Source of the DNA: Malacoraja senta
Taxonomy: Eukaryota
Direction: 5' to 3'
Assembly (NCBI GenBank): GCA_038087875.1
Contig: JAXLNO010001955.1
Span: forward strand, 124,001-171,815
Length of the DNA stretch: 47,815 nucleotides
Below, piece by piece: positions 11,870 through 23,669 of this stretch. A program made the position numbers and the translations under genes. The notes under the pieces are model-generated. The model did no database searches and was not told the DNA's origin. It saw nothing but the letters and a program-made list of their open reading frames with translations. How positions within the stretch are numbered: the stretch's first letter is position 1; each line of letters opens with the position of its first letter.

Positions 11870-12810
11870 TCCAGATGGGGCACAGGGGAGGGGAAGAAAT
11901 GGGGGGGGTAGGTTACCTAAAATTCTCATCACTTCCCACACAAACCATGGCATCCCAGGTAATCTCCCCTGCAACTGCAGATGTAACATCTGTTCCTTTA
12001 CCTCCTCTGTGGTCTGCCTCGAGGGACCATAGCAGTCCTTCTAGGTGAGACAAGAGATTCATGTACACCTTCTCTAAACTGATCTATTGCATCCGGTGTT
12101 CCCAATGTGGCCTCCTGTATATCGACGAGACCAAGCATTGACTCCACGACCATTTCGCCGAAAATATGCACTGGATCTGCCATGGACTTCTGCACTGGAT
12201 CTCCTGGTTGCTAACCATTTGAACTTCCTTTCCCATTGCCATATTGACCTTTCTGTCTTGGGTCTCCTCCATTGCCAGTGTGAGGTCACATGCAAACAGC
12301 CCCTAATATTCTTCTTGGGTAGCTTTCAACCTGATGGTGTGAATATTGAACTCGCCAATTTTAGGAAACCTAAGCCCTACTCTCCTCCTCCTCCCCTTTC
12401 TCCCCCACACCCATATTTCTCCCCACCGTTGCCCCCCTCCCCTGTAGCCCACCTGGACTAGCAGCTATTTCCTTCCTCTCCGCCTTCCTTCCAAATTTGC
12501 CATTTGCAACTTTTCAATTATTTTGTTGCGCACCTTCTGTATTTTTATCTCTGGCCCTTGTCCAATAATCTCCCTATCAACTCCCCCCATTACCGCCTCC
12601 TCACCTATGTTCACCTATTACCTGCCCTGCCTTTCATCCAGTTTCCTTCATCTCCCCCTCCCCCTCCCCCTCTACAATGCCCATACCACCCCCCCCCCCA
12701 ACCTCCCACAATGAGTCTGAAGAAGGATCCTGTTCCACAACACCACATATCCATGTTTTCCAGTGATACTGCCTGACCCGTCGAGTTGTCCCAGCACTTT
12801 GTGTCTTTTT
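11870..12810 (+). mobile_element. Decayed Penelope-like element (GIY-YIG endonuclease C-terminus plus tail)
   Basis: Frameshifted LIYCIRCSQCGLLYIDETK...DLSVLGLLHCQ...GVNIE, homologous to 38398-39195. Confidence 0.8.
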
Positions 12811-13617
12811 CTAGGAGGAAAAAAAGAAGCATGTTAAGCTGCAGGAAGTGTGGGGGAGGGAGAATGTCTTTCAATGATAGACACAGAAAGCTGGAGTAAC
12901 TCAGCGGGACAGGCAGCATCTCTGGAGAGAAGGAATGGGTGACGTTTCGGGTCGAGACCCCTTTTCAGACTTTCCAAGCCTTATCTGAGAGAATTTAATG
13001 TGATAGACATCTGTTTGTGGTCGAATGCATTATCGGAAAGCTGAATGTAAATTGTACTGTTAAGGCTTTACAATACGTCATTGGTAAAAATGTGCATGGA
13101 TTGAGCATTAATTGTCCTCCTTTGAATGGAAGCTCACAGCATGTCTCAATTACATGTCAACCTAGTATCATAAAAACAACTGCTGTAGGAACTCAGGTGG
13201 TAGAGGAATATCTTTGTAAGAAGGAACTGCAGATGCTGGTTTACACTGAAGATAGACACAAAATGCTGGAGTAACTCAGTGGGTCATGCAGCATTTCTGG
13301 CAAAAAGAAATAGGTGACATTTCAGGTTGAGACCCTTCCTCACATCTTCAAGAGTCAAGAGTATTTTATTGTCATATGTCCTAGATAGGACAATGAAATT
13401 CTTACTTGCTGCACAACAGAAGGGAATGTAATTTGGAGGGAATTAAATTTTTCACAATGATTTTTAACTGGTATAGTAAGTCACTTCTATTATTCATAAA
13501 CCATTGTAGTAATATTTTCAAAACAATATTTGAAATGGCATAAGACCAAGACTGCATGAGAAGTCATCTTCTGATACAGTTTAGGATTTGGCAGGAAATG
13601 CTAAAAAATATGGTTCA

Positions 13618-13900
13618 GCACGGTGGTGCAGCGGCAGAGCTGCAGCCTTACAGCGCAAAGGGACCCGGGTTTGATCCTGACTACGGTTTCTCTCTGCATG
13701 GAGTTTGTACGTACTTCCCATGACAGGCGCAGGTTTCCTCCGGGTGCTCCGGATTCCTCCCACATTCCAATGACATACCAATTGGCTTAGTAAAATTCTA
13801 AATTCTCCCAAGTGTGCATAGAATAGTGATGGTGTGCGGGGATCGCTGGTCGGCGAGGATTCAGTGGCCTGTTTCTGCACTATCTCTAAATTAAACTAAA
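13618..13900 (+). mobile_element. tRNA-derived V-SINE/HE1-like SINE, full length
   Basis: A-box-like TGGTGCAGCGG, B-box-like GGTTTGATCC, central GGTTTCCTCCGGGTGCTCCGG, tail CTATCTCTAAATTAAACTAAA. Confidence 0.85.
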
Positions 13901-14523
13901 TACCCAGAAAGCAAGGAAAAGTTCAAGCTTAAGGAGAGGAAATCTGAATTCACATTCTAGACCTTCATCATTTAATTTGGCAACTAAAATGTTGCAACTC
14001 TATTTACCTCCACAGATGCTGTTGGATCATTTCCAACATGTTATATTTCTGTGTCAAGTTTATAGCACCATGTCATTATTTTACCTTATTTTCCACTGAA
14101 AATGGAAAGGTTGTTTGATAGATTTGTAATGTAATCATAGCCTAGAACATGGGTCCTTTGCTGATTAATATTGAGTCGAGTCCAGCAATACATTCCTCAG
14201 GGCTTGAGCAATTGTGCTCTTGACCTGCTGTGAATTTATCAGAGAGTAGAGTAAGGATGTGTAAAAGTGTAGTTATGCCGGCTGAAGTATGTACATTTTT
14301 GAGATGGTAGAGAAAATGGGAAGATGAATCACTTCTGTTCAGAAGACATTTAACAAGGTTACACTTAAAGTGTTTATAAACATTTGTGAGGTAGGATCAG
14401 GTTATTTGACTGGAAGGTAATTTTCCCCAAGTGAATGTGGGTGGTGGGAAAATTGAGAGAGGAGATTAATTGGAATGTGAGATTTACATGGAAACATAAA
14501 ATACTGTAGGTGCAGGAGTAGGC

Positions 14524-15014
14524 ACGTAAGCCAGACCCGTTTAACCACCTGGAGATGGTCTGTAGTGATACCTTCTAACGAGGTTTTATGTAACTAACAA
14601 TATTGCTAGTTCAGAGTCTATAAGGCTCTTAGGGACCTTAACATTCTGGTGTAGATGTGTGACCCCACACAACCCAAGGTCCATGGGATATGCAAACATC
14701 TAGTTTGACCTTATGCCCCTGGTCTACTCTGCTTGACTAAGTCATAAACATAAAACCTTATTATTGCCCGCAGATCTTCCTATCCAGTGTTAACTTATGC
14801 AATGACTGGACCCGTTGCGCTGAACTCAGCGCCATGAGCATAATCACGAGTAAGTGAGTTTGACCAAGGACAGGGATGTAGCTGGAGCCCACCGGCGAAT
14901 TGACGTAGCACAATGTTAACAACCCATATCTCTACGTCCCTAGGCCTGGGAGGTTTTGAGTTGAAGATACCCTTCATAATCTAGATGTCAGAGGGTGAAG
15001 ACCGCGCCAGCACG
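14524..15014 (-). mobile_element. DIRS-type tyrosine recombinase fragment embedded in a CR1 3' end
   Basis: Across frameshifts: HPLTSR-MKGIFNSKPPRPR..IWVVNIVL / WAPATSLSLVKLT / MLMALSSAQRVQSLHKLTLD / VYDLVKQSRPG / KVSLQTISRWL. Confidence 0.8.
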
Positions 15015-15240
15015 CATGCTGATCATCCAAAATCTGTACCCCGTTCCTGCTTTTTACCCATATCCTTGATTCCATTAGCCCTAAGAGCTAAATCTAACTC
15101 TATCTTGAAAACATCCAGTGAATTGGCCTCCACTGCCTTCTGTGGCAGAGAATACCACAGATATACAACTCTCTGGGTGAAAACGGTTTTCCTTATCTCA
15201 CTCCTAAATGGCCTATCCCTTATTTTTAAACTATGACGCA
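15015..15240 (-). mobile_element. CR1 3' fragment (its extreme tail lies at about 14490-14523)
   Basis: SLKIRDRPFRSEIRKTVFTQRVVYLWYSLPQKAVEA. Confidence 0.85.
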
Positions 15241-15294
15241 AGTTTCTGTGTTCGATGACTTTATTCTCCTCAGTGATTTGATACACACGTTAAT

Positions 15295-15603
15295 AGTTTA
15301 GTTTAGAGATATAGAGCAGAAACTGGCCCTTTGGCCCACCGAGTCTGCACCGGACAGCGATTCACGCACCTTAACGCTACCCTACACACAAACTTGGGAA
15401 TATTTAATATTTACACCAAGCCCATTAACCTATAAACATGTACGTCTTTGAAGTGTGGGAGAAAATCGATGGTCTTGGAGAAAACCCATGCAGGTCACAG
15501 GGAGAACGTACAAACTCCATACAGACAGCACCTATAGTTAGGATCGAACCCGGGTCTCTGGCACTGTGAGGCAGTCACTCTACCTCTACTGCACCGTGCC
15601 ACC
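15295..15603 (-). mobile_element. V-SINE/HE1-like SINE
   Basis: Reverse complement of the family at 13618. Confidence 0.8.
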
Positions 15604-15619
15604 CATAATAGTGCTGCCC

Positions 15620-16555
15620 AAAAGTCAAGAGAGTTTTATTGTCATGTGTCCCAGATAGGACAATGAATTCTTGTTTGCTGCAGCACAACAGAATATGTAA
15701 ACATAATACAGAGATAAAAGTTCAGTGTGTCTATATACCATAGACCATATATATACACAATAAATAAACATATAACGTGCAATAGGCTGTTATTGTTCAG
15801 AGTTTGTTTGATGTCGTGTTTAATAGCCTGATGTCTGTGGGGAAGAAGCTGTTCTTGAACCTGGATGTTCCAGATTTCAAGCTCCTGCACCTTCTTCCCG
15901 ATGGCAATGGAGAGATGAGTGTGTGGCCAGGACGGTATGGGTCTTTGATGATGTTGGCAGCCATTTTGAGGCAGCGACTGCGATGGATCCCTTCGATGGT
16001 GGGGAGGTCAGAGCCGAAGATGGACTGAGCAGTGTTTACAACTTTCTTCATTCTTTTCCGCTCCTGGACGATCAAGTTGCCGAACCAAGCCACGATGCAA
16101 CCAGTCAGTTTGCTCTCTACTGTGCACATGTAGAATTTCGAGAGAGTCCACCATGACATACCATCTCTCCGTAATCTTCTCAGGAAGTAGAGGAGCTGAT
16201 GTGCCTTCTTTATAATTGCATCAGTGTGCTGGGACCTGGAAAGATCTTTGGAAATATGCACCCTCAGGAATTTGAAGTTCTTGACCCTTTCCACCATATA
16301 AATTTGATATAAATGGGATTGTGAGTCCCTATCCTACCCCTTCCAAAGTCCACAATCAGTTCCTTGGTTTTACTGGTGTTGAGGGCCAGGTTATTGTGCT
16401 GGCACCATTTGGTCAATCGGTCGATCTCACTAATATACTCTGACTCATCACCATCAGTGATTCGTCACACAACAGTGGTGTTGTCGGCGAACGATGATGG
16501 AGTTCGGACTATGTCTGGCTACGCAGTCATGAGTATAGAGTGAGTACAGTAGAAC
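15620..16555 (-). mobile_element. Rex1/Babar-clade LINE 3' part
   Basis: YTHDC...FADNTTVV, KTKELIVDF, IKKAHQLLYFLRRL, PLPSGRRCRS, SRFKNSFFP..RLLN, then a 3' UTR ending TGACAATAAAACTCTC. Confidence 0.9.
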
Positions 16556-17689
16556 AGTTTTCTTGTTTTTCAGTCATCAATATTCTCACTAGAATGGGCC
16601 ATAAAAAGTACTTCCTGTGGAAAAAGTTCAGTAACTTGGGGGGAAAAAAGATTTAAACTAATTGGTCAACTAAATTGTAAAAGACAATGTGAAAAGAATA
16701 CAAATGTGATCTATGAACTAGTTCAAAGAGCTGCCTTGCCTCAGGCACCATCCACTGAATGCTGCCGAGTGGTGTATTTGTGGAATACTTTGTAGGATTG
16801 CATGGAATAAAAATATACATCAATCATAATTAATTTAAATGGCACAGAGGATGCCAGGTTTTATTTACACTCTATTTGGAGACACAGAACAATGCTGCAC
16901 AAGGCAGGATGTACAGGAAGGAACTGCTGATGCTGGTTAAAACTCTCCAGTGAGTCCCTCAGCACGTACTCCTGCAGTCTGGAATGGACAGACAATGGTT
17001 TGGGTCAGACACTTCTTCAGACTGATTGTAATAGAAAGCTGAAAAAGAGATGTGGGGCTGGGACAAAGCCTGGCAAGTGATACAGGTGATAAGACACAAA
17101 AAGCTGGAGTAACTCAGCGGGACAGGCAGGATCTCTGGAGAGAAGGAAAGGGTGATGTTTCGGGTCGAGACCCTTCTTCAGACCCTTTGTCACCTTTTCA
17201 CCTCTAGCCATTGCCACTTACTCCACCCGTCTATTTATCAAAATCTGTTCTCTAGTCGCACCAGCTTCTCGTTTTCACCCAACAAATAGCTTACAATGGC
17301 CTGTTTCCTTTATCATCGTTACTTTTTTGCATATCTTTCATTCATTGTTCTTTATCTCTCTACATCATTGTCTATATCTCTTGTTTCCCTGATCTCTAAC
17401 TAGTCTGAAGAAGAATCTCGACCTGAAAAGTCACCCATTCCTTCTCTCCAGAGATGCTGCCTGTCCCACTGAGTTACTCCAGCATTTTATGTCTTATCAC
17501 CTGGACACTGAGAATGGCAGAAAAGTTTTTTGCCCTGTTCTTGTTTTGTATATATTTCATTATTCTGAATAATGTTTATTTTTGGATGGGATAAAATCCC
17601 TCCAAATATTACCTGACCTGCTGAGTCTCTGCAGCCCTTTGTGTTTTGCAGTGAATAGTATATATGATGTGGATATGAATATTGGTGGT

Positions 17690-19620
17690 TTGATTAGTAG
17701 GTTTGCAGATGACATGTACATTGAAGAAGGTTGTCTATGGATCCAGTGGGATACAGATTAGCTAGAGAGCTGGATGGAGCAATAACAGAAGGAATGTAAT
17801 CCAGACATGTGTGAAGTTGTGCGTGTCGGCATGTCATGTTCTGGTAGGACATAAACGGTAAGAACCTGAGCGGTGTTAATATACAGCGAGTCCTTGGGTT
17901 GCAAGTTCATAGTTACCTGAAAACGCCGACAAGGGTAGACAGGAAAGCAAAAAATGCACTTTGGCATGTTTGTCCACTTAGACATAGAAACATATAAAAT
18001 TGGTGCAGGAGTAGGCCATTTGGCCCTTCAAGCCAGCACCACCATTCAATATGGTCATGGCTGATCAACCAGAATCAGTACCCTGTTCCTGCTTTCTCCC
18101 CATATCCCTTGATTCCGTTAACCCTAAGAGCTAACTCTCTCTTGAATACATTCAGTGAATTGGTCTCCGCTGCCTTCTGTGGCAGAGAATTCCACAGATT
18201 CACAACACTCTGGGTGAAAAGGTTTTTCCCCATCTCAATCCTAAATGGCCTACCCCTTATTCGTAAACTGTGACCCCTGGTTCTGGACTCCCCCAACATT
18301 GAGAATATTTTTCCTGCATCTAGTCTGTCAAATCCCTTATTAGTTTTCTGTTTCTATCTGATCCCCTCTCATCCTTCTGAATTCCAGTGAATATAAGCCC
18401 AGTCGATTCATTCTTGTATCATATGTCAGTCCTGCCATCCCGGGAATTAACCTGTTGAACTTTACTGCACTCCTTCAATAGCAAGAATGTCCTTCTTCAA
18501 ACTAGGTGACCAAGACTGCACAAAATACTCCAGGTGCAGTCTCACCAAGGCCCTGTATAACTGAATAGACTCTGGCATCAAGTATAAGAGTTGAGAAATC
18601 AAACAAAACATTGGTTAGGCTGCACATGGAGTATTGTGTAGAGTTCTGGTCGCTCCTCTACTAACATTACTGTGCGGGGATCACTGGTCGGCGTGGGCCG
18701 AAGGGCCTGTTTCTGCAATGTATCTCTAAACTAAAAAGGATGTGATGGCATCAAAAGTAGTGCAGAAGGGTTTTGCGAGGTTGTTGCCTGGAATAGAGGT
18801 CTGGTGTTATGTGAAGAGATTGGATAGGCTGCATTTATTCTCACTAGAATGCAGGAGTGAAATAATGAGGGCTATAGATAGTGTCAGAAGGAACTGCAGA
18901 TGCTGGTTTAAACAGAAGAAAGACACAAAAAGCTGGAGTAACTCAGTGAGACAGGAAGCATCACTGGAGAGAAGGAATATGTGATATTTTGGGTTGAGTC
19001 CCTTCTTCAGGAAGGATCTACAGATGCTGGTTTACACCGAAGACAGATGTAAAATGCTGGAGTAACTCAGTGGGACAGGCAGCATCACTGGAGAGAAGGA
19101 ATGGGTGACATTTCGGGTCGACATCCTTCTTCAGGAAGGATTAACAGATGTTGGTTTACACCGAAGACAGACATAAAATGCTGGAGTAACTCAGCAGGAC
19201 AGGCAGCATCTTTGGAGGGAAGGAATGAGTGACGTTTCTAAACATCATCCATTCCTTCTCTCCAGAAATACTGCCTGCCCTGCTGAGTTACTCCAGCATT
19301 TTGTGTCTATCTTTGGGGTATAGATAGGATAGAGAGTAACTGTCTCTTTTCCAGGGCAGTGGAGACTAGAACTGGAGGTTTAAGGTGATGGGAGAGAAAT
19401 GTCAAGGGGATCTGAGCAGACGTTTCTCACTGCAGTAGTTATCTGGAATGAGCTGCAGGGGAGATGGTAGAGGCAGATATAATCACAATGTCTATAAAGC
19501 ATTTGGACTTTTGGTAGGAAAGTCAGGGAGGGATATGTGCGTAATTCATGTAATTGTAGATAAACATCTCGGTCAGCATAAACAAGTTTGGGCAAATGGG
19601 CCTGTTTATATGCTGCAGGA
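17690..19620 (+). mobile_element. Old CR1 LINE interrupted by a younger minus-strand CR1 (about 17980-18565), a SINE tail (about 18660-18735) and a hammerhead-repeat array (18882-19318)
   Basis: TTTGCAGATGAC (FADD) at about 17702. CR1 C-terminal sequence resumes after each insertion. Confidence 0.7.
18882..19318. repeat. Three tandem 124-bp hammerhead-motif units plus one inverted arm, flanked by direct repeat TATAGATAG
   Basis: CAGATG(C/T)TGGTTTA recurs at 18897, 19021 and 19145. Inverted arm about 19243-19318. TATAGATAG at 18873-18881 and 19319-19327. Confidence 0.8.
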
Positions 19621-19763
19621 TTCAGTTTATTTTAAGATTCTTTCTGTGGTTTTCATGTTGCTATCTCTATTAGCCAGAATAAGCACTGAAAATGGCTCAA
19701 GCAGTCTACACCAGAGAGAACACTGCGTGAACCAAAGAAAGTGAGATATGTAAAATAGGTTCT

Positions 19764-20085
19764 TTAGTTTTTTAATTTAGATACACAGCGCGGAAACAGG
19801 CCTTTCGGCCCACCAAGTCTGCACCGACCAGCGACTAACCCGCACACCAACACTATCCTATGCACACGAGGGACAATTTGACACATGCATCAATCCAATT
19901 AACCTACATTCCTGCACGTCTTTGGAGTGTGGGAGGAAATCGAAGATCTCAGCGAAAATCCACGCAGGTCACGGGGATAACGTACTAACTCCGTACAGAC
20001 AGCACCCATAGTCAGGATTGAAACCGGGTCTCTGGCACTGCAAACACTGTAAGGCAGCAACTCTACCACTGTGCCACTGTGCCGC
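19764..20085 (-). mobile_element. V-SINE/HE1-like SINE
   Basis: Reverse complement of the family at 13618 and 20942. Confidence 0.85.
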
Positions 20086-20941
20086 CCTTATTGGTAACTT
20101 TGTGTGATCTTATTTTGTTAGGATGCAAATTCTATGGGAACGCTTTCTCAAAGAGATAGATAATGATGTAGAAACAATGAACTGCAGATGCTTGTTTGTA
20201 CCAAAGAGAGTCACAAAGTGCTGGAGTAACTCAACGGGTCAGATGTGTTCTACAGCATCTCTGTAGATAAAGGATGGGTGATGCTGGGTGAAGCTTCAGG
20301 TTGGGATCCTTCTTCAGACTGATGTATCGGGTTGGGACCCTTCTTCAGACTAACCCTGCTTGAGACTGAAGTAGGGTCCCGACACGAAGTGTCATCCAGC
20401 CTTTTTCTCCAGAGATGCTGCCAGTCTCGCTGAGTTACTTTAGCACTCTGTGTCTAAGGTTGATAATGAGTTGTTCAATCCTGATTTTTTTGTGATGTTA
20501 ATTTCTGCATGTTCACAGGGCAGACTGTGAGAGTAAACAGTTGAAAAACTAGTCTAGCAGGAAATGTGTGGTATTTGAGTAAGTGTGAATGTGGGGCCTC
20601 TCCAGTGAGACGATAGGGGAACTCCCTGACAAAGGGAGATGTGGTGAACAAGTCACCAGGAGGTCATATCAAAGCAGAAGTTAAATGTTACATTGATATT
20701 TTTAGAGTCTGCTCTTGATGTACTGGCATGATGCAATCCGATTTGGACAACTTACTGTATATTGCAGCTCAAAATGATATAGAGATATAGCATTGGAACA
20801 GTGTTTAAGAAGGAACTGCAGATGCTGGAAAATCAAAGGTACACAAAAATACTGGAGAAACTCAGCGGGTGCAGCAGCATCTATGGAGCGAAGGAAATAG
20901 GCAAAGTTTCGGGCCGAAACCCTTCTTCAGACTTCAGTCAC

Positions 20942-21234
20942 GGCACGGTGGGGCAGCGGTAGAGTTGCTGCCTTAAAGTGTCAGAGCCCCGGGTCCGATC
21001 CTGACTATGGCTGCTGTCTGTACGGAGTTTGTACATTCTCCCCATGACCAGTGGGTTTTCGCCAAGATCTTCGGTTTCCTCCCACACTCCAAAGACGTAC
21101 AGGTTTGTAGGTTAATAGGCTTGATATAAATGTAAATTGTCCTTCGTGTGTAGGATAGTGTTAATGTGCGGGGATCTGTGCCGACTCGTGCTGAAGGGCC
21201 TGTTTCCACACTGTATCTCTAAACTAAACTAAAA
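20942..21234 (+). mobile_element. V-SINE/HE1-like SINE
   Basis: GGCACGGTGGGGCAGCGGTAGAG...GGTCCGATCC...CTGTATCTCTAAACTAAACTAAA. Confidence 0.85.
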
Positions 21235-21609
21235 TAATCTAAGTAAGCTTGACATCTAGAATAATGTACAGCATAGAAACAGGCCCTTCAGCCCAGCTTA
21301 TCTATGCCAGCCAAGATGCCCCATCTACCCTTGACCCACCTATCTATATTTTAGCTTAGTTTAATTTATTATTAATGTCACGTGTACTGTTTTGCAGTGA
21401 AAATGTTTCTTGTGTGCTATCCAGTCAGTGAAAAGACTACATTACAATGAAGCCGTCATTGTAATGTTATCTATAGATACAGGGTAAATGATATCATGTT
21501 TAGTGCAATGTAAATCCGATTGGTGCTTTGCCGATTTCCCTCCAAACCTTTCCTATCCATAGAAATGTCTATTACTTGACAATAATTGTATTATTGTCTT
21601 TGTGTCTAG

Positions 21610-21870
21610 AGCCTCACACACTGATCTACTACTACACCCTGAACCACGGGAGTACTCATCTACCAGAATATAGTGTTGTGGGTGTTCTGGACGGTTGTGA
21701 GATACAGTATTATGACAAAAACATGGTCATTACAGTTCCAAGACAGAAATGGATGGCGGCTGCATTTGACAGGAATTACTGGGTAACAAATACGGTCTCT
21801 GAAACTGGTTTCCATGGAATCATCAAAGGGCAAGTCGATGAATGGATGCAGAGGCAGAACGAAACAGCAA
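21610..21870 (+). CDS. MHC class I-like heavy chain, alpha1 domain exon (261 bp, phase 1-1)
   Basis: TTGTCTTTGTGTCTAG| ... |GTTAGT. (E)PHTLIYYYTLNHGSTHLPEYSVVGVLDGCEIQYYDKNMVITVPRQKWMAAAFDRNYWVTNTVSETGFHGIIKGQVDEWMQRQNETA. Class I hallmarks H3, Y7, T10, G26, D29, P..KW, Y59-W60, N86 sequon. Confidence 0.92.
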
Positions 21871-22750
21871 GTTAGTTCATTCATTTCAATACAATTGGAG
21901 TGTGATCAATGTTCATAAAAAAACATCTCAAAGAAATTTCTCGCTGTGCCAGAGACCCAGGTTTGATCCCGACTACATGTTCTCCCTGTGAACACAGATA
22001 TTTCCTCCAGGTGCTCCGGTTTCATCCCATATCTTGAAAACGTGAGAGTTTGTAGGTTAATTGGGCTCTGTAAATTACTCTTGTGTGCTGAGAATGGGTG
22101 AGGAAAGTGGGATTACATAGATGTGTAGGAAGGAACTGAAGATGCTGGTTTACAGCAAAGATAGGCACAATGTGCTGGAGTAACTCAGCGGGACAGGCAG
22201 CATCTTTGGATACAAGGAATGGATGACTTTTCAGGTCAAGACCCTTCCTCAGACAGAGTGTTTCCCCTGACTTACTCCAGCATTTTGTGTCCATTTTGGG
22301 ATAACATAGAACTAGTGTGAAAGATGATCGATGGTTGGCATGGAATTGGTGGGCAGAATGGCCCGTTTCCATGCTGAGTTACTAACCTAAGAACTGCAGA
22401 TGCTGCAAATGTGAAATAAAAACCAAAAATGCCATTGTCTGATGGCTTCATTGTCAGTTTATCACCATGGAAACCTGTCATTACCGTATTAGTGATACCC
22501 GCTATGTCCAACCATGCCTCCCACTCCTGTCTGTAACTTACACATTCTCACAATTCTGAAGCATTAATTTTGTTTCTCTTTCCATAGGTTCTGTTGAACC
22601 TGCTGTGTGTTCCAGCATTTTACAAATCATTAAAATGTTGGTGGCTTTTTGAATGGTTAAAATCCCTTGCGTACCTCACCAATTGTTTTTACTTTTATTG
22701 ACAAATTTTGAATGAAATGTTGTGTGAAATATTTAAAGGATAACCTAAAT

Positions 22751-22970
22751 GGCATTGTGGTTCAGCCGTAGTGTTGCTGCCGTAGTGCCAGAGACCCAGG
22801 GTTGATCCTGGCCTCAGGTGCTGTCTGTACATAGTTTGTACGTACTCCCCGTGACCTGCGTGGGATTTCCCCGGATGCTCCAGTTTCCTCCCACACTCCA
22901 AGCCTGTATGCCAAAGGGGATCACTGGTCACTGTGGACTCTAAGGGCTGTTTTCGTGCTATATCTCTAAA
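22751..22970 (+). mobile_element. V-SINE/HE1-like SINE (internally deleted)
   Basis: GGCATTGTGGTTCAGCCGTAG...GGTTGATCC...TATCTCTAAA. Confidence 0.7.
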
Positions 22971-23669
22971 TTATCTTGGGCACCAATTGTAAAGTAAGCT
23001 GTCCAAATCCATCTGCACCACACTTGTATATCCATATAAGTTGCAATTGGACATGTTTTATATTGTAAATCAATAAGTCCTATCACCATTACTGTGTTAA
23101 TTCAATGACATTCGTAGTGTACCATTGAACAAAGCAGGACCAGGCGTGGGGGAACCATGGTGAGGTGGGGGACAAAGGAGGACCTGGTGTGGGAGACTTT
23201 ATAACTTTGTCGGTGCCCTTTATGTGAAGAATCTTGACATACGTTGGGTTTACAAAACAAAGACTTTCACTGTGACTTGTCACATGTCACAATAAAGTAT
23301 CATTCATTCATGATTAATTATTGCTGAAAACATTGCTTTTTGTTACCTCTTCGGTTACACATTAAACACATTATATTATTAATCTTTAAATGGACTAAAA
23401 CAGGGTGAGGGTACAAACAGGGAACAATACATCAAAATATTATGCACTGGGCATAATTTCTATCAATTTTCCACATCTTGCAATATTTATTATTATTTTC
23501 AAATTATATGTGAATACATGTGAATGACATTTATTAGATTATCATCTGATTCATTGAACCATGTTTATTGAATCATATTGCCTTCAAAAATAATTTTTAT
23601 ATTTGCATTATTTATGGTGCGCTTATTATCTGCAACATTGTTATGTTTATGAGATTTATGAGCATATTG

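Noticed and set aside
13618-13700. tRNA gene (A and B boxes)
   Set aside because: This is the head of a multi-copy SINE that continues into a conserved body and LINE-like tail; no complete cloverleaf.
21528-21609. In-frame hydrophobic stretch (YLTIIVLLSLCL) before alpha1 as a fused signal peptide
   Set aside because: No in-frame ATG (the ORF call uses TTG). The stretch is the T-rich polypyrimidine tract of a canonical phase-1 acceptor.
22561-22640. Strong acceptor TTTGTTTCTCTTTCCATAG as the next class I exon
   Set aside because: The following sequence is a decayed repeat tail (CCTGCTGTGTGTTCCAGCATTT) with no alpha2 similarity.
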